From a virus (taxonomy: Duplodnaviria; Caudoviricetes), in IMG/VR virus record IMGVR_UViG_3300037461_001246, positions 1 through 24,645 of that record: a stretch of DNA of 24,645 bases, one strand, 5' to 3'. A model generated the notes under the pieces. That model made no database searches, was not told the DNA's origin, and worked only from the letters and a program-made list of their open reading frames with translations. The number at the start of each line of letters is the position of its first letter. Position 1 is the stretch's first letter. Positions 1 through 8,640 of this stretch are shown piece after piece. A program made the translations under genes and the position numbers.

Positions 1-489
1 TGCGGTCGCCGCTGGTCCGTTCGCGCTGACCATCGCCCCGATCGCGGTGGAGCTCGTCTGCACGAGCAGGTAGGCGTGGAAGCGGATCGTCTGCCCGGCG
101 AGCACCGCGACGGTCAGGTCTGACACGTCCGACGGCCCGGGGGCGACCGTCTGGTTCTGCGTCACGCGCCGCATCGAGACGAGGCCCGCGGGACCCTGCG
201 GTCCGGTCGGTCCGGTCGGCCCCATCGGCCCCTCCGGGCCAGACCCGCCGGGTGCGCCGGTCGCCCCGACCGGGCCCTGGGGGCCCTCGGGACCCGCAGG
301 ACCCGCCCCTCCCGGGCTGCCCTGAGGCCCCTGCGCACCCTGCGGACCCTCGGGACCCTGGGGCCCCGGGGGGCCCTGCTCGCCGGCGGGAGACGCCACG
401 GGGATGACGGCCTTCCCGTCCTCGCCGATCTGCAGGAACATGCCCGGCGTGCCGCGGCACTTCAGGCGGAGGACGGCGCCGGCTGTCAC
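1..489 (-). CDS. Collagen-like repeat protein (putative tail/head fibre), 3' end outside window
   Basis: Not in the ORF track. Manual translation from GTG 489 (GTGA overlap with the upstream stop): [35 protein letters not shown], then 22 Gly-X-Y triplets, then a beta-rich domain ([24 protein letters not shown]). The frame is open to position 1. Confidence 0.85.
   Translation of the reverse strand, partial: MTAGAVLRLKCRGTPGMFLQIGEDGKAVIPVASPAGEQGPPGPQGPEGPQGAQGPQGSPGGAGPAGPEGPQGPVGATGAPGGSGPEGPMGPTGPTGPQGPAGLVSMRRVTQNQTVAPGPSDVSDLTVAVLAGQTIRFHAYLLVQTSSTAIGAMVSANGPAATA
187..384 (-). repeat. Collagen Gly-X-Y repeat, 22 uninterrupted triplets
   Basis: [66 protein letters not shown] read directly from the sequence. 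Confidence 0.95.
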
Positions 490-1067
490 GGCTCCACCTC
501 GCCGGCGAACCCGAGCGCCGCCGACCGCGCCAGATCGCCCGGCGTCGTGTCCTGGTCGCTGAGCCGCGGGACCAGGTCCACTCCGCCGGCGCGGTAGCAC
601 GCGGCCACGTACTCGGAGCAGATCAGCGACCGGCCGCTGGGCGCCTGGTCGTCCTCGCTCCACTGGCGGCCGCCAGGTACGTACTTCCCGATGACCGGGA
701 TGCGGCGCAGCAGCCAGAGCGGCAGGTGCGCGAGGCCGATCCGGAGGATGTGCGCCCACCCGTACGGAGCCCCGAGGCGCGCGAGCGCCGAGTCCACGAC
801 GCGCTCCCTATCCACCTGGACCCAGGGCATGGGCACGAACCTGCAGACTGTGGCCGATCCGATCGCGTTGGACAGCGGCACGATCCGACAGCCGCGGAGC
901 TCGCGGCTCTCCGCCACCATCAGGCGACCGGAGAACCAGACCGCGAGCCCCGCGTGGGAGTAGGACGACCGGGTCGCCCACTGGATCAGGCGCGAGAACC
1001 GACCCCGTCCGCGGAAGAGGAGCACGTCCGCGTCCTCGATCCCGGAACGGGCGTCGGAGTACTTCAC
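486..1067 (-). CDS. Permuted papain-like NlpC/P60 enzyme, YiiX/YaeF (peptidase C92) family, 193 aa
   Basis: DVLLFRG, SYSHAG (His), G-x-PY, ICSEYV (Cys) and C-terminal TPGDL motifs in the permuted His-before-Cys order. Likely start is GTG 1067 (GTGA overlap), not the ORF-track start at 1298. Confidence 0.85.
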   Translation of the reverse strand: MKYSDARSGIEDADVLLFRGRGRFSRLIQWATRSSYSHAGLAVWFSGRLMVAESRELRGCRIVPLSNAIGSATVCRFVPMPWVQVDRERVVDSALARLGAPYGWAHILRIGLAHLPLWLLRRIPVIGKYVPGGRQWSEDDQAPSGRSLICSEYVAACYRAGGVDLVPRLSDQDTTPGDLARSAALGFAGEVEP

Positions 1068-1291
1068 GGAGCGGATCCGCCCCTTGAGCCTCCGCCGGGC
1101 ATCTCCGGCGTGGGCCCCGCGTCGCCGCCCTGCTGTCCGCTGGCGCACGGCGCCGGGCACCGGAACTCGACCACGTCGCCCGAGCTCGCCGTCCGGTCCC
1201 ACCTCCACGCGCACCCCCAGCAGGCGCACGCGGCGGCCATCCCGAGGCAGAGCAACGCCAGCGCGACGATGGTCCGCTCGAGCCGGGTCAC
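1064..1291 (-). CDS. Small secreted/membrane protein, possible lipoprotein, 75 aa
   Basis: Basic N-terminus, hydrophobic stretch IVALALLCLGMAAAC, lipobox-like Cys (AAAC or CWGC). GTGA-coupled to both neighbours; GGAGG upstream. Confidence 0.65.
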   Translation of the reverse strand: MTRLERTIVALALLCLGMAAACACWGCAWRWDRTASSGDVVEFRCPAPCASGQQGGDAGPTPEMPGGGSRGGSAP

Positions 1292-2103
1292 TGCCCACCT
1301 CCGATCGGCGGTGCGACCGGCGCAGCCCCCGCCGGGGGCTCGCTAGGGCGGGAGTCAGGTGCCGCCGGAGCAGGCGCCGGCTCCCCCAGCAGGCTCGACC
1401 CGGAGAGGCCGGAAGTAGGAGCGGCAGTCGAAGGCGGGGACGGCTCGCTCAGCACGTTCGCCGCCGCCTCCGCCATCGGCTTCACGACGTCCGGGTTGAT
1501 CGCCTCGTCCGGACCCGTCTTCGACGTGCTGATCCCGAAGAGCTGGACGCGCGCATTCTCGAAGTGGTTGTTCGTGACGTTCGGCGCGTTCGCCGTAGCC
1601 TGCGCGGCGGCAAGGGACTCCTGGGCTCGCGCCAGTTGCTCGCTGAGCAGCGAGATGCGGTCGGGCGGACAGGCCGGGTTGAGCAGCGCGCACTGGAGCA
1701 TGGAGCGGTAGGCCGCCACGGTCCTCGCCGCCTCCTGTACCGCGACCGAGATCCCGCCTCCCGTCGAGGCGTTGGCCTCTGTCGGCAGGACCACGCCCAG
1801 GTTCTGCGCCCCACCGCTCGCCACCTGCCGGTGCTCGGAGTCCGCGCTGGACGAGGTCGTAGCGCCCTGCCCACGCCCGATGGTCACCTGCGGCTGGAGC
1901 CGCGCCGTGTCCTCGGCGAAAGGGGCGTTGTTCGCGCGCTGCCCTCCCGCGGCGGCCGCGGCCGCTGCCTGGGAGCCGGGCCCGACCGGGTTGGCCTCGG
2001 CCTGGGCGCAGGGGTCGCAGTCGACCCCGGGCCCCTGGGACGCGCACGCGGTGAAGGCGGAGAGCGCGAGGCAGGCGGTCAGGATGAGGAGGATCGGTCG
2101 CAT
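1288..2103 (-). CDS. Putative lipoprotein with Pro/Ala-rich C-terminus, about 271 aa
   Basis: MRPILLILTACLALSAFTA-C signal peptide with lipobox, a central helical segment and a low-complexity tail. Alternative ATG at 2118. Confidence 0.75.
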   Translation of the reverse strand: MRPILLILTACLALSAFTACASQGPGVDCDPCAQAEANPVGPGSQAAAAAAAGGQRANNAPFAEDTARLQPQVTIGRGQGATTSSSADSEHRQVASGGAQNLGVVLPTEANASTGGGISVAVQEAARTVAAYRSMLQCALLNPACPPDRISLLSEQLARAQESLAAAQATANAPNVTNNHFENARVQLFGISTSKTGPDEAINPDVVKPMAEAAANVLSEPSPPSTAAPTSGLSGSSLLGEPAPAPAAPDSRPSEPPAGAAPVAPPIGGGQ

Positions 2104-2130
2104 CGGGAGCCCTCGCATGTCGGGGTGGTT

Positions 2131-2160
2131 AGGAGCCCTTAGTCTCCTGCTAAGGCTTCC
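2131..2160. promoter_or_regulatory. Intergenic imperfect inverted repeat (operator or RNA hairpin)
   Basis: ggagcccttag (2132-2142) and ctaaggcttcc (2150-2160) are 9/11 complementary with a 7-nt spacer. Lies directly after the DUF2460 stop; no U-tract. Confidence 0.4.
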
Positions 2161-2736
2161 CTACTCACGGAGGACCTCCTCGAGCTCGACCTGGTAGTCC
2201 ATCCAGTCGACCGTCGCGCCCTGAAAGCTGGGCTCTGCGACGAGCTTCACCAGCCGGAGCCCCGTGAAGTCGCAGGTCATCACCTTCCCGGCCCCGGGGG
2301 CGACCGTCGCGGTGATCGTCCTGGCGTCGGTGTCCACGCTGGCCACGGACACGGGAGCGCCGTCCGCGTACAGCACGACCGTCCCCTGCTTCGGGAAGTG
2401 CCGGTAGTCCTCGTCCGTGACCGTGGTGGTCAGCGGGAAGACCGTCTGCCCCGCGCCGGCGACGCCGAGGGCGACTCCGACCCTGTCCGCGTCCTTCGGG
2501 TCCTCGAACAGGAAGGCGTCCCGCGTCCAGCCCCGTGCCACCAGCCAGGCGTACAGCGTCTGGCGGTCCGTCGTCGTGAGCCCGCGCTCGGGGAGGCTGT
2601 ACCGCCGCAGGGCGAGTGGAGCCAGGGCGACGTCGCGCCGGAAGCCGAACCGGTCGTTCTCGATCCGCGCGACCGGGAACTCGTCCGCGTACTCGAAGTC
2701 GAGCCAGGGTGTCTGGGGCCAGACCGCGTACGCCAC
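2161..2736 (-). CDS. DUF2460 (TIGR02217)-like distal tail protein, 191 aa
   Basis: Pattern ARG...FLFEDPKD...G.AGAGQTVFPL...PKQGTV.LYADG...VDTD..TIT...APGAG..MTCDF...ELEEV resembles DUF2460/GTA Dit; SD GGGGAGG. Confidence 0.75.
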   Translation of the reverse strand: MAYAVWPQTPWLDFEYADEFPVARIENDRFGFRRDVALAPLALRRYSLPERGLTTTDRQTLYAWLVARGWTRDAFLFEDPKDADRVGVALGVAGAGQTVFPLTTTVTDEDYRHFPKQGTVVLYADGAPVSVASVDTDARTITATVAPGAGKVMTCDFTGLRLVKLVAEPSFQGATVDWMDYQVELEEVLRE

Positions 2737-2751
2737 CGGTGCCTCCCCGCA

Positions 2752-3366
2752 TCAGGCGTTCGCGAGGGTGATCGTGCAGCTCGCCTTCAGGCTGTCGCCG
2801 GCCGCCTTGTTCACCGCCGCGAACGTCTTCCGGTTGAACATGGTCCCGCCGGGGGCGACCGCGTCGAAGAGCCCAGCCTCGGTGATGGCGCCCGTCCCCA
2901 CGCCCGCGGCGAACGTCCGCTCGACCACGCACACGCCCACGCCGCCGGCGGTGTAGGTCGTCGTGTCCCGGGCGACCTCGGTACCGAGGGCGACGTCTCC
3001 GGCCGCCTCAGGCACGGCGCCCGTCCCGATGGCGCAGTACCCGAACAGAGCCTGGGCCGTCGCGGGGTTGAAGAGCCGGTCCTTCGCCGCGTCGAGCCCG
3101 GCGTTCACGATCAGGTTCGTGAAGGCCCTCCGGTCCTTCATCTGCCCGTCCGGACCGCGCAGCTCGAGGACCCAGTCGCAGCGCAGGCCGGCGCTCTCGC
3201 GGGGCCCGCTGCGCACGCGCCTCCTCCGCCCCGGGATCGGCGGCGACGACCGCGGCTCGAACCGGCCGAGCCGGCGCGGACGCCCGTCGTCGCCCAGGTC
3301 CCAGTCGTCGGGGCCGACGAAGAGCCAGCGGAGGACGGTCGCGATCGCTTGGAGGAGTTGGCGCAT
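2752..3366 (-). CDS. Tail collar/baseplate-like structural protein (DUF3751-like); start at ATG 3366 (leaderless) or GTG 3216 (SD-led)
   Basis: NLIVNAG, AIGTG, DVALGTEVAR, GTGAITEAGLF, MFNRKTFAAVNK and GDSL motifs typical of this phage family. The ORF-track extension to 4248 overlaps the upstream gene and is not credible. Confidence 0.8.
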   Translation of the reverse strand: MRQLLQAIATVLRWLFVGPDDWDLGDDGRPRRLGRFEPRSSPPIPGRRRRVRSGPRESAGLRCDWVLELRGPDGQMKDRRAFTNLIVNAGLDAAKDRLFNPATAQALFGYCAIGTGAVPEAAGDVALGTEVARDTTTYTAGGVGVCVVERTFAAGVGTGAITEAGLFDAVAPGGTMFNRKTFAAVNKAAGDSLKASCTITLANA

Positions 3367-3372
3367 GCCCAG

Positions 3373-3396
3373 AGGATGCCGCTGAGGGATCGCTAC
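3373..3396 (-). promoter_or_regulatory. 14-bp motif copy 1 plus -10-like hexamer (putative leaderless promoter)
   Basis: Minus strand: GTAGCGATCCCTCA-GCGG-CATCCT-CTGGGC-ATG(3366). Confidence 0.7.
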
Positions 3397-6300
3397 TACG
3401 GCGGGTTGAGTTCCATCGCCCAGACCTCGCCGATCTCCACGCCCTCGGACAGGGCCTTCGTGACGTCCAGGACCCAGGACTCCGCGACGTCCCACTGCTC
3501 GAAGAGGATCAGCGGGGGGTTCAGCTCGAGGGACCAGGACTCCCCGAGGTCGATCCCCTCCGCCCAGGCCTTCCCGAACTCCAGCGCCCAGGCGTCTCCG
3601 AACTCCCCGTGCTCCAGGACGCTGGGATTCGTGTGCACCCAGGCCTCGCCGAGGTCGAGCCCCTCGGCCATCAGGAGCATGTAGCCGCCCTCGACCACGG
3701 CCAGGTCGACCCCGACCCCGATCATGATCACCGTGGCACCGGGCACGGGGATGATCCCGTACATAGCCCCGACGGCCATGGCCCCGGAGGTAGGACCGTA
3801 CGGGGACCGCAGGCCCGTGGGGACGGCGTCCGCGGGGCCCCGCCAGTTCCCCGTCGCCTGGTTCGCCCCGTCGCCCTGGAAGGTCCCGTTGATCGGCGCT
3901 CCCATCGCCCAGGGGCTGGCCTTGTAGGCGTACCGGATCTGCCCTCCGTAGATCCCGCCCAGGGGGACAGGAGCCCCCGCCGGATCCTCCTCGAATACCG
4001 CCTCGATGTGAGGACGGCCACGCGCCCCGGAGGGGAGCGGAATCACGGCGCCGGCCTCCGAAGGCACCACGCCGCCCACCCCGAGGATGATCCCGTCCTG
4101 GTAGCCGAACGGGTTGAGTCCCGCCGCCGGCAAGGTGCTCCCCGGGGTGAGGTCGCTCTCCTGCAGTTCGCCAGGATGGACCTGCTTGTGGATCACGTAC
4201 CCGGCGGCCATGTACTCGTATCCGTTCACGGCCGGGTCCACGTACCACGCCCAGTCGCCGCCGTTGAAGCCGGTCCCCGCGGGCACGGCCTGGACGCGCA
4301 CGAGGACGCGCTCCGGAACCATCACCCGCCAGTACAGCTCAGCGTCCGCGCCCTTCGTGTTCTTCGGCCCCGCCCAGACGAGCCCCCCGGGGTCCGTGAG
4401 GGAGGCCGGTACGACCTGGAGCCAGGGGTTCGCGACGGACGTGAGGACCTCGGCGAGGAGGTCCGCGGGCTGGGTCTGCCCACCGCCGAGGGACTCGCCG
4501 GGAGCCTTCAGCTGCTCCAGCGTGGACTCGACCAGGAGGAGGCGCTCCGCGAGCTGGCGCGAGCGCTCGAGAAGCTGGTGCTGGGTGGATCCCGGGGAGA
4601 GAGCGCTCAGCGGCACCAGGCCGTTGGGGAGGTCCGAGGGCTTCGTCCAGGCGGACCAGGGGCCCGTCGGCGCGCCGTCGGTGCCCGTGGGTGAGTACTC
4701 CAGGGCGACCGCCCCTCCGTACCGCCCCCCCACGTCCACGGCCTTCCGGAAGGCGTAGCCGCCGATGCGGATGATCTCCTGCGGCGCACCGCCCCGCAGG
4801 ACACGGTCCGTCTCGATCAGGCCCCCGTACCTGCCCCGGTCCGCGTTCGGGATCCCGGTCGGTGGTCCACTGAAGGGCGCGTCGTGCTGAGCCGCGGGGC
4901 GGAGCACCGGGCCATCGTGGGCGAGCCTGGCGGATGCGCCGTCCAGCCCCGGGACGGCGATCTTCGCCCCGGGGTTCGAGGACTCGATCCCGCCGAAGAG
5001 GCCGGACTCCAGCTTCTGCCGGAGGGCCTGGTGGTTGATCCACTCCTCCTTGTCCTCGTCGTCCTGGCTGACCGAGCTCACGCGGCGCGTGTTCTCGTTG
5101 ATCACCTGGACGTCACAGCCGTCGATCGCGCCGGCCTGTTGCCCAGCGACGCGATCCTGGGCCTTCGAGATCAGCGCGTTGCGGAACGTCTCCAGGTCCT
5201 TCACGGTCTGGTAGACCTTCCGGAGCACGCGCTTCTCGTTGAAGGCCGCAGCCACGTCCTGGGCCTCGGCGGCCAGCCAGCCGGACGCGGACCCCGCCTC
5301 GAGCTCCGTGGTGTTCCCGCCGATGTCCCACGTGACGGAGAACACCATCAGGCCGGCGGCGGACTCGAACCCCGTGGTCCGCTTCGCGCTCGAGATGGTG
5401 ACGCGCTTCTGGAGCCCGGCCCACCGAGAGGTCGTCGCCGCGGCGACAGGGCCAACGGCGGCCCAGGGCGAGGCGATCTTCAGTCGGTACATGTAGGGCT
5501 TCTGGCTCTTCAGGTCGAGGATGTACTGAGCAGCCAGCAGGAGGTCGGGCTTCTGGGCCAGGTCGACGAAGTCGGGGTCCTCGACGGTGTAGCCCTGGGT
5601 GACGCCCCAGTCGGTGCCGGAGGGCTGACCGCCGCCGTCCCAGTTCGCGGGGTCGTCGGAGTAGGCGGGGCCGTGGAACGTGTCCAGCCCCCCCGCCGTC
5701 AGCGGTGGGTACCGGAAGTAGGGCGCCTCCTCCTCCAGTTCGGAGACGTTGATCTGGACGTCGACCATGGGAATCTGGGCCGGCTTGTTGGAGTTGCCGG
5801 CCTCGCAGGCGCTGTCAGGCGGCGATCCACCCGGCGGCGGAAGGTAGTTGATCAGCGCGATCGGCGGCTTCGGCTTCTCGGAGAGCACGATCAGCGGGTC
5901 GCAGAAGCCGGCTGCCTGCTGCGCCGCCGTCATCGCGTAGACCCGGTACTGGTACTCCTGAGAGTACTCCTCGCCGTCCTCACCCGTCGCGACGGCCTGC
6001 GCCTTCCCACAGATGCCGTTGTAGCGCAGCCCCGCGTCGTAGGCCGACTGGTACCCGCAGATCTCGACCGGCGGGAAGAAGTAGACCCGCCCCACGCCCA
6101 TCGCCGAGAGGGCGGGGATCGCGTCCGGGTCCACGAGCGACAGACCGTACGTGCTGGCCGCCGGAGGAATGCCGCCCCCCCAGAGCGGGCTCGAGAGCCA
6201 GATCCGCGTGGAGGTGTTCCCACACACCCACCGGTCGTAGCCGTCACCGTTCACGGTGCAGATCGCCCCGCGCCAGTCATCGGGCTCGAGACCCTCGGCC

Positions 6301-7973
6301 GCCGGGACGTCGATGTAGACCACGGCGTTCTCGGGCTGGCCAGCGATCGGCGGGAAGGGGGCGTTGGCAGCGACGAGGAAGTTCCCGACGTGGTTCGTCC
6401 GGTGCCTCTTGTCCTTCTTGTAGGTGTCCTCCTGGGTCTTCGTCCAGGCCGGCTCGAGCGTGCCGTCGGACTGCTTGTAGGTGACGGTGTCCTTCTTCTC
6501 CTTCTTCGCCCCGAACCACTCGACGAAGGTGTACGCCTTGTCGCGGTCCGGTTCCACGGCCAGCGTCACCCACTCGGAGCTGAGTCGCACGTCCTCCGCG
6601 GTGAGGGTCGTCACGTCGCGGAAGTGCCAGATCAGCGTCTGCGGGTCTACCCACGGCTGGAACTTCGGGCAGTACCGGAGCAGGGAGGAGACGACGGCGG
6701 GGAACGTGCCGGACAGCGACAGGTCGTAGATCTTCGCGTCGAGAGCCGCGAGCTCCGCGGTCTCGTACGGCACGCGATCGGGCGGGGCGCACCCGTAGAA
6801 CCGGAGCCGGTCCAGGTACCGGTCGAAGAACCACTGGGCGACCGTTCCGATGGTCTGATTCTGGCGGTCGGCCCTGTAGGAGTCCGACGCCGTGTCCCAG
6901 ACGTTGAACGCGAGCGTGCCGGTCCTGTCGTCCTCGGCGACGCGGATCTGGCGAGAGGCCCAGTAGGCGTCGTACGCGATCCAGGTCTGGTCCTCGGCGG
7001 GAGCCAGGCCCTGCTTCCCCTGGGCGACGACGCCGCGGAAGCGGCAGAGTCCGTCGTGGAAGACGCGGATCCGCTGCCCGGGGAAGAGGAACGTCCCGCC
7101 CTCGAACCGCCCGCGCAGGGTGAACTGGAACTGGTTCCCCTGGGGCCCGTACGCCTGGCGTACCTTCGCCGACCAGGACGCCTTCTGCGTCGTCCCCGTC
7201 GCGGGGAAGAGGGCGTTCAGGTCGTCGGTCGAGTACAGGGTGTTCCCGATCTCGATCTGCCAGCCGGTGCCCGGCGATCCCGTCGGCGCCCACTCGTCCG
7301 CCAGGTCGTAGACCTCGAGGTCGTCGACGTAGACGTCGCCCCAGTAGACCAGGTCGCGCAGTTCCACGCCGATCCGGTGGGCGCCGCGCAGCTGCGGGAC
7401 CGCGCCCGTCCAGTCGATCACTGACGTGCCCTTGGCCGTGGCCCCCGTCGGGTTCTTGTAGACCGTGACGCGGGTGTTCCCCGTGCCGTCCTGGAGGTCC
7501 TCGACGCGCACGCGGATCCGGACGCCGGGCGCCTCCATCTGCGCCGCGCCGATGCCCGTGTACGTCGCCCCGAGCTGGGTCTCGACGCCGGCTATCACCT
7601 TGAAGAGCCGGAGCTCGGCACTCGCCCCAACCATCGAACGGAGCCGCGCGACCAGGCAGTTATTCACGTCGAGGCCGCGGACGATGAGCCCCACCTCGCG
7701 GCGGCCGGCGTACCCCGGGTTCTTCCACCGCATCAGGAGGTCGGCCTGGTAGTCGCTCCGCCCGGGGTACGTCGTGCAGATCCCACGCCACGTGACGCCA
7801 CCGATCGACCGGCTCGCGCCCCCGTGGCCGTACCCGTCGACGACCGGGCGCGACCACCCGCTCGGGTTCACGCTGCCGGAGGCGGGAAACGTGAAGCCGG
7901 GCCAAGGGGTCGCGTACGACGGGTATCCGGCACCGTCGAACCGGAGGGCATAGAGGAGGGTGGCGTCCGGCAC
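3396..7973 (-). CDS. Large tail-tip/baseplate hub protein, 1525 aa, with N-terminal lectin-like jelly-roll and C-terminal acidic repeats
   Basis: Located two genes after the tape measure gene. Residues about 1-230 show a ConA-like beta-sandwich pattern (EVGLIVRG..LRLFKV..IRVRV..VYVDDLEV). Hub-like segment FQFTLRG..PGQRIRVFHDG..FRGVV..IAYDA. Strong GC3 codon bias. Confidence 0.8.
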   Translation of the reverse strand: MPDATLLYALRFDGAGYPSYATPWPGFTFPASGSVNPSGWSRPVVDGYGHGGASRSIGGVTWRGICTTYPGRSDYQADLLMRWKNPGYAGRREVGLIVRGLDVNNCLVARLRSMVGASAELRLFKVIAGVETQLGATYTGIGAAQMEAPGVRIRVRVEDLQDGTGNTRVTVYKNPTGATAKGTSVIDWTGAVPQLRGAHRIGVELRDLVYWGDVYVDDLEVYDLADEWAPTGSPGTGWQIEIGNTLYSTDDLNALFPATGTTQKASWSAKVRQAYGPQGNQFQFTLRGRFEGGTFLFPGQRIRVFHDGLCRFRGVVAQGKQGLAPAEDQTWIAYDAYWASRQIRVAEDDRTGTLAFNVWDTASDSYRADRQNQTIGTVAQWFFDRYLDRLRFYGCAPPDRVPYETAELAALDAKIYDLSLSGTFPAVVSSLLRYCPKFQPWVDPQTLIWHFRDVTTLTAEDVRLSSEWVTLAVEPDRDKAYTFVEWFGAKKEKKDTVTYKQSDGTLEPAWTKTQEDTYKKDKRHRTNHVGNFLVAANAPFPPIAGQPENAVVYIDVPAAEGLEPDDWRGAICTVNGDGYDRWVCGNTSTRIWLSSPLWGGGIPPAASTYGLSLVDPDAIPALSAMGVGRVYFFPPVEICGYQSAYDAGLRYNGICGKAQAVATGEDGEEYSQEYQYRVYAMTAAQQAAGFCDPLIVLSEKPKPPIALINYLPPPGGSPPDSACEAGNSNKPAQIPMVDVQINVSELEEEAPYFRYPPLTAGGLDTFHGPAYSDDPANWDGGGQPSGTDWGVTQGYTVEDPDFVDLAQKPDLLLAAQYILDLKSQKPYMYRLKIASPWAAVGPVAAATTSRWAGLQKRVTISSAKRTTGFESAAGLMVFSVTWDIGGNTTELEAGSASGWLAAEAQDVAAAFNEKRVLRKVYQTVKDLETFRNALISKAQDRVAGQQAGAIDGCDVQVINENTRRVSSVSQDDEDKEEWINHQALRQKLESGLFGGIESSNPGAKIAVPGLDGASARLAHDGPVLRPAAQHDAPFSGPPTGIPNADRGRYGGLIETDRVLRGGAPQEIIRIGGYAFRKAVDVGGRYGGAVALEYSPTGTDGAPTGPWSAWTKPSDLPNGLVPLSALSPGSTQHQLLERSRQLAERLLLVESTLEQLKAPGESLGGGQTQPADLLAEVLTSVANPWLQVVPASLTDPGGLVWAGPKNTKGADAELYWRVMVPERVLVRVQAVPAGTGFNGGDWAWYVDPAVNGYEYMAAGYVIHKQVHPGELQESDLTPGSTLPAAGLNPFGYQDGIILGVGGVVPSEAGAVIPLPSGARGRPHIEAVFEEDPAGAPVPLGGIYGGQIRYAYKASPWAMGAPINGTFQGDGANQATGNWRGPADAVPTGLRSPYGPTSGAMAVGAMYGIIPVPGATVIMIGVGVDLAVVEGGYMLLMAEGLDLGEAWVHTNPSVLEHGEFGDAWALEFGKAWAEGIDLGESWSLELNPPLILFEQWDVAESWVLDVTKALSEGVEIGEVWAMELNPP
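3399..3671 (-). repeat. Five 17-20 aa acidic Trp-containing repeats at the C-terminus of the tail-tip protein
   Basis: EGLDLGEAW, EHGEFGDAW, EGIDLGESW, EQWDVAESW, EGVEIGEVW. Confidence 0.85.
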
Positions 7974-7974
7974 G

Positions 7975-8637
7975 TCAGTTGCCCACCGTGCTCGATGAGG
8001 TCCGCTCGTACGTGCTGGTGCCCGGGCCGAGGAACGTGTAGACCAACTCCTTCCCCCACCAGTCGCCCTTCTGCTGCGGCTCGGCGGGAGCGACGCGCTG
8101 GTAGACCATCGGGTACCAGTACTGCTCGACCAGGTAGACGTCGTCGTTCACGGCGATCGCGTGGAGCGCGCCGGCCAGGGACGTGACGTTGAACTCGTCC
8201 GCGTCCACGACGGCGACGGTGCCGAGGCTGTAGAGCCCGACGCCCAGCCGGCGGATCAGGACGACGTCGCCGTTCACGAACCCGTGCCCACCGGTGATCT
8301 TCAGGTTCGGGGCCACCGCGCTGAGAACGCGGGTGGGCAGGTCGTGCTCGATCCAGACGAGCGGATCGGCGCGCTCCGACCGCGCGCGGAGGCCCTTGCG
8401 GAGCGCGGCCATCGTCGAGCGCCAGCCCTTCTGGTCCTTCGACGCGGGGTTCGGGAAGCCGAGCGTTTTCACGACGACCTGGAGGTTGAAGTTCGGGCTC
8501 GCGGGGACGACGAGAGCCTCCGTGCGATCCGCGCCCGGGTGCACCTGCAGGTCGCCACGGACGTCCTCTTCGACGTGCCCGATGCCCTCCCGCCAGAGGA
8601 GGAAGTCGCCGTAGGCGTAGCGGGTCTGGTGGCTCAC
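7975..8637 (-). CDS. Putative tail protein, 220 aa, with an HG-x-x-x-GD-x-V (FCCH-like) beta domain
   Basis: Lies immediately after the tape measure gene (the usual Dit position). KITGGHGFVNGDVVLI...VVDADEF motif is common in phage structural proteins. Confidence 0.7.
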   Translation of the reverse strand: MSHQTRYAYGDFLLWREGIGHVEEDVRGDLQVHPGADRTEALVVPASPNFNLQVVVKTLGFPNPASKDQKGWRSTMAALRKGLRARSERADPLVWIEHDLPTRVLSAVAPNLKITGGHGFVNGDVVLIRRLGVGLYSLGTVAVVDADEFNVTSLAGALHAIAVNDDVYLVEQYWYPMVYQRVAPAEPQQKGDWWGKELVYTFLGPGTSTYERTSSSTVGN

Positions 8638-8640
8638 GGT

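Noticed and set aside
1064-2103. The lipoprotein pair as Rz/Rz1 or unimolecular spanin
   Set aside because: The larger gene has a lipobox instead of an uncleaved N-terminal anchor and has no C-terminal TM helix; no adjacent endolysin. Not excluded, but unsupported.
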